24,000 bases of DNA from Candidatus Terasakiella magnetica. GTDB taxonomy: Bacteria > Pseudomonadota > Alphaproteobacteria > Rhodospirillales > Terasakiellaceae. The notes beneath the pieces are model-generated. The model saw only the letters and a list, made by a program, of their open reading frames with translations. It did no database searches and was not told the origin of the DNA. Positions 1 to 7,038 of this stretch are shown here, one piece after another; the stretch's first letter is position 1; each line of letters starts with the position of its first letter. Where the stretch lies: the NCBI RefSeq assembly GCF_900093605.1, contig NZ_FLYE01000023.1, forward strand, positions 122,224 to 146,223, in the 5' to 3' direction. The position numbers were made by a program, and so were the translations under genes.

Positions 1-7
1 ACCGGGT

Positions 8-316
8 TCATGACAGGGAGACTTTTAGCTCATCGCCAAGGCGGGCAAGAAAGTCAGCTTGGTCGCGCGTCCCTGTCCATGCACCTTCAACATAGGCGTA
101 ATGGCTCGCCCCGCTTTTAGGAGACGCCATCCAAATCTCGCGATTGATGGCATTTTTATTGATGATATAGACACCGCCTGCGTCAAATTCGATATTGAGA
201 ATCCCGTCTTGCAGGTCAATATCGGCAACGTCACCAATGGCTTCATCAAGCTCATCAAAGAGTTTTTCCAGCAGTTCATCGGCAAGTGTGTGGTATTGGC
301 TTTCATCAAGCGGCAT
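8..316 (-). CDS. cyaY: Frataxin-like iron-sulfur cluster assembly protein CyaY
   Basis: The translation MPLDESQYHTLADELLEKLFDELDE...GILNIEFDAGGVYIINKNAINREIWMASPKSG aligns along its length with E. coli CyaY (MNDSEFHRLAD...[27 protein letters not shown]). The ORF track starts at 331, but the Met at 316 matches the homolog N-terminus and has GGGA about 10 nt upstream. Confidence 0.85.
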   Translation of the reverse strand: MPLDESQYHTLADELLEKLFDELDEAIGDVADIDLQDGILNIEFDAGGVYIINKNAINREIWMASPKSGASHYAYVEGAWTGTRDQADFLARLGDELKVSLS

Positions 317-413
317 CGCAAAAAATCCCATAATGCTTTAAGTCTTTGATCGGATATAGCAACCTCACCCCTGTCTCACAAGGTGAATTACACAAAAATG
401 CAAAGAATGCCCT

Positions 414-442
414 TGCACAGTCGTTTCATTGTGGTTATATAG
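414..442 (+). promoter_or_regulatory. Sigma70-type promoter for rpmE (TTGCAC, 17-nt spacer, TATATA)
   Basis: TTGCAC sits at 414-419 and TATATA at 437-442, separated by exactly 17 nt. This lies about 65 nt upstream of the rpmE ATG. The call is by consensus match only. Confidence 0.5.
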
Positions 443-507
443 GCGCCTCGTTTTCCCGACAACTATGTCACCCCTTTGGTGTGACTATAAAGATTGAGAC
501 GAAAAAA

Positions 508-729
508 ATGCAAAAAGAAATTCACCCAGAATACCACACAATTACTGTTCAAATGACAGACGGTACAACTTTCGAAACACGCTCTACTTGGGGCAAAGAA
601 GGTGACGTTATGAAACTGGACATCGATCCGAAATCTCACCCAGCTTGGACAGGTGTACACCGTCTGCTCGATTCTGGGGGCCAACTGGCGAAATTCAACA
701 AACGTTTCTCTGGCTTCGGCATCAAATAA
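508..729 (+). CDS. rpmE: 50S ribosomal protein L31 (Cys-less form)
   Basis: [29 protein letters not shown]...[18 protein letters not shown] matches the L31 family (E. coli MKKDIHPKY...GGRVDRFNKRF). The real start is the ATG at 508; the 346-507 extension in the ORF track covers the promoter and leader. The protein contains no cysteines, so it has no CxxC zinc motif. Confidence 0.93.
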   Translation: MQKEIHPEYHTITVQMTDGTTFETRSTWGKEGDVMKLDIDPKSHPAWTGVHRLLDSGGQLAKFNKRFSGFGIK

Positions 730-806
730 GGCGCGCGCAATTTTATTTGCGACCCTCTTTTGTCGGGAATGCTATGCTTGAATCTTAGGATTTAAGCGAT
801 TTATTT

Positions 807-846
807 AAAGGCGATGGATCATTTTGGTCCATCGCCTTTAATTTTA
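807..846 (+). terminator. Rho-independent terminator after rpmE
   Basis: The stem is AAAGGCGATGGA / TCCATCGCCTTT (807-839) around a short loop, followed by TTTAATTTT. Confidence 0.7.
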
Positions 847-902
847 GTTGAAGAGTGACCAAATCTTGCGCACACTCTAAGAAGTGGCGTATAAATTTCC
901 AG

Positions 903-2168
903 ATGAATAATATGAAGAATACAGATACACAACTGGTCGAAAAATCAGATCTCTCTTATGAAGAGATGCAGCAGCTTGCCTCCCATGGGAATATAGAAAT
1001 TCGCTGTCAGTTGGCAGAGCGTCGTGATTTACGCCCTGAAATTCTTTATTTCCTTGCTGAAGATAGTGAAAAAGAGGTGCGCAGACGCATTGCGCTTAAC
1101 CCAACGACTCCAAGGCAAGCCGATCTTCTTCTTGCGCGCGACCAAGATGAAAATGTCCGCCTTGATCTGACTGAGAAAATTGCCAAGCTTGCCCCTGATG
1201 TGAGTGCAGAAGAGCGCAATAAAATTAAATCACTGACTTATGATGCGTTGATGGTCCTTTCGCGCGACCAAGCCACCGTTGTGCGCCAGATTTTGGCTGA
1301 AACCCTAAAAGACGTTGCGGATGCCCCAGCAGACGTGATCATGCAACTTGCCAAAGATATGGAAGTGGTTGTCGCAGGGCCTGTGTTGCAGTTCTCCCCT
1401 GTTTTAAGTGATGATGATCTGTTGCAGATCATTTCTTCAAGCCATGCCAAGGGTGCCTTAAATGCGATTTCCAAGCGTGGTGGTGTTTCTGAGGTTATTT
1501 CAGATGCGTTGATTGCCACCAATGAAGAAAGTGCAATTGCGGACCTTTTAGCCAATGACAGTGCACAAATTCGTGAAGATGCTTTGGATTTATTGGCTGA
1601 GCGGGCGCAAGACATTCAAACATGGCACGCCCCTTTGGTCAGAAGGCCGCAATTAAGCACTAAAGCCGCCAAGCGTATGGCGCATTATCTGGCGAAAAAC
1701 CTGTTGAGCGTTCTTGCTGAGCGTAAAGATTTACCTGCAGAGGTGATTTCCCTTATTCAGGTTGAAGTCTCAAAACGCATTGACGGGGAGGAAGCGGCTG
1801 AAGAAGAGGAAGCCGAGGCTGAAATTTCCCCTTATGATATTGCCAGAGAGATGATCTCTAAAGGTGAGCTCAATGAAGAGCAGATTATGGACTGGATGGA
1901 TGAAGCCAACTGGCCTTATGTTTCTGCTGGTTTGGCTGTTCTTGCTGAAGTTAAAACCTCAACGGTTAAGAAAATTGTCTCTGCCCAAAGCGGGAAAGGT
2001 ATGATGGCCTTGGCCTGGAAGGCTGACCTATCGCCAAACCTTGGTGAAAGCTTGCAGTTCAAGCTGGCAAAAATTCCTGTGAAGAACATTTTAAAAGCCG
2101 ATAAAGACGGTGATTTTCCACTATCAGAAGATGAGCTAGCGTGGCATCTGGAATTATTTACCTCTTAA
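903..2168 (+). CDS. DUF2336-family protein (HEAT/ARM-like repeats), function unknown
   Basis: It carries repeated motifs of the form LAxDxDxxVRxxLAxNPxTP (AEDSEKEVRRRIALNPTTP, ARDQDENVRLDLTEKIAKL, SRDQATVVRQILAETL). It also has an acidic EEAAEEEEAEAE linker and a conserved-looking C-terminus (GKGMMALAWKADLSP...PLSEDELAWHLELF). This matches my memory of alphaproteobacterial DUF2336. The ATG at 903 is preferred over the GTG at 855. Confidence 0.7.
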   Translation: MNNMKNTDTQLVEKSDLSYEEMQQLASHGNIEIRCQLAERRDLRPEILYFLAEDSEKEVRRRIALNPTTPRQADLLLARDQDENVRLDLTEKIAKLAPDVSAEERNKIKSLTYDALMVLSRDQATVVRQILAETLKDVADAPADVIMQLAKDMEVVVAGPVLQFSPVLSDDDLLQIISSSHAKGALNAISKRGGVSEVISDALIATNEESAIADLLANDSAQIREDALDLLAERAQDIQTWHAPLVRRPQLSTKAAKRMAHYLAKNLLSVLAERKDLPAEVISLIQVEVSKRIDGEEAAEEEEAEAEISPYDIAREMISKGELNEEQIMDWMDEANWPYVSAGLAVLAEVKTSTVKKIVSAQSGKGMMALAWKADLSPNLGESLQFKLAKIPVKNILKADKDGDFPLSEDELAWHLELFTS

Positions 2169-2285
2169 AAAAATGAATGCAGCCCCTTGCGCCTGAAAAT
2201 AGGGCTGCCTAATTCTCCTTTCATAAGCAGGCTGGCAAAGATGCCGCAAAGCGGGTCTTAAAACACCACCTGTCTATATGCACCC

Positions 2286-2345
2286 GACCTTGCCCAATAT
2301 GGGAAGGTCATTGTTTTTAACCATGTTGCTCAATGGAGAATATGG
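2286..2345 (+). promoter_or_regulatory. ROSE-like RNA thermometer in the hsp20 5' UTR (two hairpins)
   Basis: Hairpin A pairs GACCTT-G-CCC (2286-2295) with GGGAAGGTC (2301-2309) and has a bulged G. Hairpin B pairs CCATGTTGCT (2321-2330) with AGAATATGG (2337-2345). In it the UUGCU motif pairs with AGAA of the GGAGAA Shine-Dalgarno sequence, and G2328 is bulged. Confidence 0.55.
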
Positions 2346-2347
2346 AC

Positions 2348-2809
2348 ATGCGTACTTTTGACTTAACACCCTTATTGCGTTCATCAGTTGGTTTTGATCG
2401 CCTTCAACACGCCCTTGAAACCGCACAGCGTGTAGACCATGCAGCCAATGCCTATCCACCTTATGATATTGAAGTCTCAGGTGAAGATTCTTATCGTATC
2501 TCACTGGCTGTTGCAGGTTTTGCACAAGATGATATTGAGATTACGGCCAATGAAAACAGCCTTGAAATCGCAGCTCTTGCTAAAACCGATGAGACTGAAG
2601 GTAAAGAATATCTCCATCGCGGTATCGCGCGTCGCGCGTTTGAGCGCCGCTTTGAGCTGGCAGACCATGTAAAGGTGGTTGGTGCCAGTATGGAAAATGG
2701 TTTGCTCAACGTCGATCTGGTTCGCGAAATCCCCCAAAGCTTAAAGCCGCGAAAGATCGAAATTTCAACACAGACAACCCCAACACTGGAAAATAAAGAT
2801 GCGGCATAA
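2348..2809 (+). CDS. ibpA: Small heat shock protein, Hsp20/IbpA family
   Basis: MRTFDLTPLLRSSVGFDRL...YPPYDIEVSGEDSYRISLAVAGFAQDDIEIT...GIARRAFERRFELADHVKV...NGLLNVDLVREIP is nearly collinear with E. coli IbpA (MRNFDLSPLYRSAIGFDRL...[23 protein letters not shown]). The ATG at 2348 is chosen from homology and its 9-nt spacing to GGAG; the ATGs at 2333 and 2342 remain possible. Confidence 0.92.
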   Translation: MRTFDLTPLLRSSVGFDRLQHALETAQRVDHAANAYPPYDIEVSGEDSYRISLAVAGFAQDDIEITANENSLEIAALAKTDETEGKEYLHRGIARRAFERRFELADHVKVVGASMENGLLNVDLVREIPQSLKPRKIEISTQTTPTLENKDAA

Positions 2810-2849
2810 AGCCCGTATCAGCTGAACTCCCCTCCTTTCTAGTGTAACT

Positions 2850-2886
2850 TGGCGCATTGCTTGTCCGGCAGTGCGCCATTTTTTTA
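2850..2886 (+). terminator. Rho-independent terminator after hsp20
   Basis: The stem TGGCGCAtTGC (2850-2860) pairs with GCAgTGCGCCA (2868-2878) and is followed by T7 (2879-2885). Confidence 0.85.
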
Positions 2887-2958
2887 TTTCTTGTCCATAT
2901 GGTCAGCTTGGTGATAGTGTTTGAAATCGGTGCTATCAATGAAGGAGCCCTTGGCCCA

Positions 2959-4104
2959 ATGCGTATCGATACGGAAGTCAAACTAGACTATAAAAATGTT
3001 CTTATCAGACCCAAACGTTCTTACCTGCATTCACGCTCAGAAGTGGATATGAACAGGGAGTTTCGCTTTCCCCATGCGCCTTATGTCTGGAAAGGCGTGC
3101 CGATCATTGCCGCCAATATGGATACGGTTGGCACCTTTAAAATGGCAAAAGTCTTGGCAGAACAGGGTGCGATGACAGCGCTACATAAGTTTTATGGCCT
3201 TGAAGATTATGAGGCTTTTGTGAAGGCTCAACGTTCTGTTGAGGCGGAAAATATCCCGCTTGAACCTGAGCTCGGTTTAAATGCATGGAACAGCACCTTC
3301 TTTTCTTTTGGCATTACCGAAAAAGACAGTTACAAGCTTGATGCGGTGATGAAAATTGCTCAGATGCGCCCCGAAGGCGAGCCTGTGTTCATCTGTCTGG
3401 ATGTGGCAAATGGCTATAGCGAGCGTTTTGCCCGCATTGTGGAGAAAATCAGAAAGAAACATGCCAATACGGTCATTATGGCGGGCAATGTTGTCACTGG
3501 TGAAATGACCGAAGAATTGATCCTATCAGGTGCTGATATCGTTAAAGTGGGCATTGGCCCCGGGTCTGTTTGCACCACGCGTAAAATGACGGGGGTGGGC
3601 TTTCCCCAACTTTCAGCGGTGATTGAATGTGCAGATGCTGCCCATGGCTTAAAAGGGCTGGTGTGCGCGGATGGCGGCTGTACGGTTGCAGGTGATGTGG
3701 CAAAAGCTTTTGCAGCGGGTGCTGATTTTGTCATGCTCGGTGGGATGCTTGCGGGCCATGACGAAAGTGAAGGCACGGTGCAGACGCGACGTTTTTTAAC
3801 TCACGAGCTTGATGAAAATGACAAGCAGGTGGTTAAGGAAGAAAAATATGTCGAATTTTATGGCATGTCTTCAGATACAGCCATGAACAAACATTATGGT
3901 GGCGTGGCAAAATATCGCGCCAGTGAAGGTAAGCGCGTGGAAATTCCCTATCGCGGCCCTGTTGAAGGCACGATCATGGAAATCCTTGGCGGGGTGCGCT
4001 CCACTTGCACTTATGTCGGTGCACAAAGCTTAAAAGAACTGTCAAAACGCACCACTTTTGTCATGGTGTCACAGCAAATTAACGAGGTCTTTGGCAAAAG
4101 CTAA
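2959..4104 (+). CDS. guaC: GMP reductase
   Basis: [21 protein letters not shown]...[14 protein letters not shown]...[33 protein letters not shown]...[20 protein letters not shown]...[14 protein letters not shown] closely matches E. coli GuaC. The start at 2959 fits the homolog N-terminus, and GAAGGAG lies at 2941-2947. The 2857 start in the ORF track lies inside the hsp20 terminator. Confidence 0.95.
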   Translation: MRIDTEVKLDYKNVLIRPKRSYLHSRSEVDMNREFRFPHAPYVWKGVPIIAANMDTVGTFKMAKVLAEQGAMTALHKFYGLEDYEAFVKAQRSVEAENIPLEPELGLNAWNSTFFSFGITEKDSYKLDAVMKIAQMRPEGEPVFICLDVANGYSERFARIVEKIRKKHANTVIMAGNVVTGEMTEELILSGADIVKVGIGPGSVCTTRKMTGVGFPQLSAVIECADAAHGLKGLVCADGGCTVAGDVAKAFAAGADFVMLGGMLAGHDESEGTVQTRRFLTHELDENDKQVVKEEKYVEFYGMSSDTAMNKHYGGVAKYRASEGKRVEIPYRGPVEGTIMEILGGVRSTCTYVGAQSLKELSKRTTFVMVSQQINEVFGKS

Positions 4105-4109
4105 ACGGT

Positions 4110-5498
4110 TTATCGCTGGGGCCATTTAACGTGATGGGCATCGATGACAAAGGGGTGGGCGTGGCGCACTTCTTTGTGGCGATGCTCATGCACATGGGGT
4201 TCAGGCCCCTCCCAACCTTCATGATCATGCTCATGGTGATGATCATTATGGTGATGCGGGTGATCGTGATGTTGGGCTGCATGGGTATGTTCTACCACCA
4301 CTGGATCGTTCGTTGGCCAAAGCTTTAAGGCCCAAAGGGTGAGGAGAGAGGCACAGCAGGCAAGAATTGAAAAGGTTTGTGAAAGCCCAAGCGTAGCCCC
4401 CAGCCAACCTGCCAGCACATAGCCCATAAACCAGCCGCCATGAGACAGCGCAAAATTGGCACTAAAATAAGCGGCACGATCCCCAGAGCTTGCTGAGCGG
4501 TTAACAACCCGCGCTGCTGGTGTTTGAATGAGCGACCAGCCCGCGCCAAGCAAGAACCAGATGATTAAAACCCCTGTCAGGCTAGGTAGTAGCATCCCCC
4601 ATAATAGGGCTGAGGCAATAAGACTGCCGCCCAAGATCATCATGGGACGATCAGGTAATGTTTTAAGCAGGCGTGGCAAGATAAGCGCGATGATCATGGA
4701 GCCTGCACCCGAGGCCATCATCACAAAGGCGGTTTCACTTTCACCAAGGCCTAAATGGCTGCGCACATAGACAACCGTATTGACAATCACCATGGCCCCA
4801 CCACAGGCCACCGCACCATGTAAGGCCAAAAGGCCGCGCAGGCGTGGGGTTTTTAGATAAGCCTTAATCCCAAAACTAACGTTTTTCCAGATGGAGCTTT
4901 CGCGCTCAGCCATCTCTGCCTTGGGTAAGGTGGTGATCAGCACAAGAAGGGCTGACAGTATGAAGGTCACGCCATTGAGCATAAAGAGACTGTCAAAAGA
5001 CCAAAGGGTCAAAAGCAGGGCCGCAAGCGTTGGGCTAAGCATATTTTCCAGATCATAAGCCAGACGGGAATAGGACAGCGCCTTGGTATAGCGCTCTTCA
5101 TTGGGCAAAATATCGGGAATGGTGGATTGAAACAGCGGCGTAAAACAGGCTGAACAAACGTTCAGTAAAAAGATCACCGCGTATAATTCAACAGGGGTGC
5201 TTAAAAACGGCAAGGTCAGGATTAATCCGGCGCGGATCACATCTAAAATAAATAAGCTGGCTTTTCTGGGCAGCAGATGGGCAAAGCCCCCTGCAATGGG
5301 CGCAACAAACACATAAGCCACCATCTTGATGGCAAGCGCGGTTCCTAAAACCTGTCCGGCATCCTCACCTGCCATGTCAAAAGCCAATAATGCAAGGGCA
5401 ATGGTGGTTAGCCCGGTGCCCAGCAAAGAGGTCACCTGTGCGAAAAACAGGTTTCGATAGCTGGGGTTTTTAAGCGGTGAGGCAACAGATTGGGTCAT
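4110..5498 (-). CDS. MFS permease (EntS/MFS_3-like) with a histidine-rich C-terminal tail; candidate metal exporter
   Basis: The 462-aa protein has a multi-spanning hydrophobic profile. Its N-terminus, YRNLFFAQVTSLLGTGLTTIALALLAF...LPRK, is typical of DHA3/MFS_3 transporters. The last 60 residues contain 21 His (EHTHAAQHHDHPHHHNDHHHEHDHEGW...HVHEHRHKEVRHAHPFVIDAHHVKWPQR). Confidence 0.85.
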   Translation of the reverse strand: MTQSVASPLKNPSYRNLFFAQVTSLLGTGLTTIALALLAFDMAGEDAGQVLGTALAIKMVAYVFVAPIAGGFAHLLPRKASLFILDVIRAGLILTLPFLSTPVELYAVIFLLNVCSACFTPLFQSTIPDILPNEERYTKALSYSRLAYDLENMLSPTLAALLLTLWSFDSLFMLNGVTFILSALLVLITTLPKAEMAERESSIWKNVSFGIKAYLKTPRLRGLLALHGAVACGGAMVIVNTVVYVRSHLGLGESETAFVMMASGAGSMIIALILPRLLKTLPDRPMMILGGSLIASALLWGMLLPSLTGVLIIWFLLGAGWSLIQTPAARVVNRSASSGDRAAYFSANFALSHGGWFMGYVLAGWLGATLGLSQTFSILACCASLLTLWALKLWPTNDPVVVEHTHAAQHHDHPHHHNDHHHEHDHEGWEGPEPHVHEHRHKEVRHAHPFVIDAHHVKWPQR

Positions 5499-5592
5499 GC
5501 GATTGATTTTAAACGATCCTATTTATAATAGAAGGTTCTTTTCTTCTTATTCATACGATAAGCTAAATCTAGGTTCGTACAAAATAGATTAC

Positions 5593-6021
5593 ATGATGCA
5601 GTTTTTATTCGCCCTTTCCTTTGCCTTGATGGTTGCCGCCTCCTTATTTATCGGGAATGCTTTATCTGGGGGCTATGCGCCTTATATGGGGTTTGGCGCA
5701 TCAGCCCTTTTGCTCCTAGCCCTTTTTATGCCCTTTATGAGTGAATATAATGTGCTCCATCGTGGCTTTTCAAAGATCGGTGATAATTTTAAAACACTGA
5801 TGAAAAGTGAAACACATGAAAAAGGCGATGTGGAGATTTTGGTGCCGGGCCAATCCCATGCCCTTGAAGAAGCAATAGCTATTGAGAAAAAGCAAAAACT
5901 GCCTGTGGGCATGATGGTGATCGTGGTGCTTTCCATTATTTTACTGGGCGCAGATGCGGTGAATTTTTATCTTTTGGGTGATGGCTTAAAAACCGATACA
6001 GGCCCAATCAGCAATTTTTAA
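5593..6021 (+). CDS. Hypothetical small membrane protein (about 142 aa, 3 predicted TM segments)
   Basis: Starting at ATGATG (5593) the ORF gives FLFALSFALMVAASLFIG, GFGASALLLLALFMPF and VGMMVIVVLSIILLGA hydrophobic segments around a charged loop of about 55 aa. I recognise no family and see no clear Shine-Dalgarno sequence. Its 3' end overlaps the psuG stop by 14 nt. Confidence 0.45.
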   Translation: MMQFLFALSFALMVAASLFIGNALSGGYAPYMGFGASALLLLALFMPFMSEYNVLHRGFSKIGDNFKTLMKSETHEKGDVEILVPGQSHALEEAIAIEKKQKLPVGMMVIVVLSIILLGADAVNFYLLGDGLKTDTGPISNF

Positions 6022-6946
6022 CCAGCTCATTTGCAATTTGTGCAGCCAATGTTGCATTGTTTTTAAGTAAAGCAATATTGCTGGCTTTACTTTGCCCCTC
6101 ACTTAATTCACCAAGTTTTGCCAGCAGGTAAGGGGTAACGTCTCGCCCGGTGACACTCATTTCACTTAAGGCCTGAGAGATCAGACCTTCGACCTCTTCT
6201 TTGGCAAATTCATCCTCAAGCTTAATGGGGTTGGCAATGAGAACGCCGCCTTTAAAGTGTAGCGCATCGGGCCAGCGGGCTAAATTCCATTTATGGATAA
6301 GTAGATTCGCAATGTCAGAGACTTTATCAAGGCGCGCTGAGGGGGAAAGCCCGCTGTTGCGATAATAAAAAGCAGGAAATTCATCACAGCCATAAGAAAT
6401 GGTCGGCACACCCTTGGTTTCCAGCACTTCGAGTGTTTTGGGGATATCCAGCACCGCCTTGGCCCCGGCACAAACCACACAGACAGAGGTGTTGGCAAGT
6501 TCTTCAAGGTCTGCTGAGATATCAAATGTGCTTTCAGCCCCGCGATGCACCCCGCCAATGCCGCCTGTGGCAAAGATGCGTATATCTGCTTCATGGGCAA
6601 TCATCATGGTGGTGGCAACTGTGGTTCCGCCATTTTTTTGAATGGACATGGCTAAAGGCAGGTCGCGTCGGCTCAGCTTTAAGGCTTGCTCGTCTTTTGC
6701 CAGTTTTTCTAATTGCTCAGCACTTAAACCTACATGGATTTGCCCCTCCAAAACCGCAATGGTGGCCGCAACCGCGCCTTCATCGCGCACGCAGGCTTCA
6801 AGAGCTTGGGCGGTGGCGAGATTATCAGGATAGGGCAAGCCATGGGTGATCACCGTGCTTTCAAGGGCGACAACGCCTTGGCGTTGTGAAAAAGCATTTC
6901 GAACTTCTTGGCTGATGGTGATGCGGCGGCTCGTTGGCTTGATCAT
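6008..6946 (-). CDS. psuG: Pseudouridine-5'-phosphate glycosidase
   Basis: VVALESTVITHGLPYPDNLATAQALE...GGTTVATTMMIAHEADIRIFATGGIGGVHRGAESTFDISADLEEL...VCAGAKAVLDIPKTLEVLETKGVP is the IndA/PsuG (YeiN) signature. Confidence 0.9.
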   Translation of the reverse strand: MIKPTSRRITISQEVRNAFSQRQGVVALESTVITHGLPYPDNLATAQALEACVRDEGAVAATIAVLEGQIHVGLSAEQLEKLAKDEQALKLSRRDLPLAMSIQKNGGTTVATTMMIAHEADIRIFATGGIGGVHRGAESTFDISADLEELANTSVCVVCAGAKAVLDIPKTLEVLETKGVPTISYGCDEFPAFYYRNSGLSPSARLDKVSDIANLLIHKWNLARWPDALHFKGGVLIANPIKLEDEFAKEEVEGLISQALSEMSVTGRDVTPYLLAKLGELSEGQSKASNIALLKNNATLAAQIANELVKNC

Positions 6947-7038
6947 CTGCTTTCTGTGCCTTTCAATGGTGATTTAAGCTTGCGTCAATTGCATTCCTAA
7001 GGGATGTTATAACAAATTATGGCGCTAAGGTGGGTTTG

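Noticed and set aside
346-507. A 54-codon N-terminal extension of rpmE in the ORF track.
   Set aside because: L31 homology begins at the Met at 508. The extension covers a near-consensus promoter and a leader hairpin.
2186-2213. A sigma32-type promoter (CTTG-N18-CCTAATT) for hsp20.
   Set aside because: I did not report it as a feature. The spacing is one nt off the alphaproteobacterial CTTG-N17-CYTATNT consensus and the -10 has a mismatch. I mention it only as a possibility within the ROSE finding.
2857-2958. A 34-codon N-terminal extension of guaC ([16 protein letters not shown]...).
   Set aside because: It starts inside the hsp20 rho-independent terminator. GuaC homology starts exactly at MRIDTE (2959), which has an upstream GAAGGAG.
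4131-4328. A plus-strand 65-aa Met/Ile/Val-rich ORF (MMGIDDKGVGVAHFF...MIMLMVMIIMVMRVIVML).
   Set aside because: It is the antisense reading of the His-codon-rich (CAT/CAC, giving ATG/GTG) tail of the MFS gene. It is a low-complexity mirror artefact with no independent start context.
5497-5592. An upstream extension of the small membrane ORF, starting at an ATG that interlocks with the MFS start codon (CATG).
   Set aside because: The extension (MRLILNDPIYNRRFFSSYSYDKLNLGSYKIDY) is translated AT-rich promoter DNA. The hydrophobic protein starts at 5593.
6280-6849. Multiple alternative-frame and antisense ORFs within psuG (106, 80, 138 and 63 aa).
   Set aside because: The psuG frame has strong family signatures across the whole region. 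The alternatives are Pro/Arg/Trp-rich frame artefacts.
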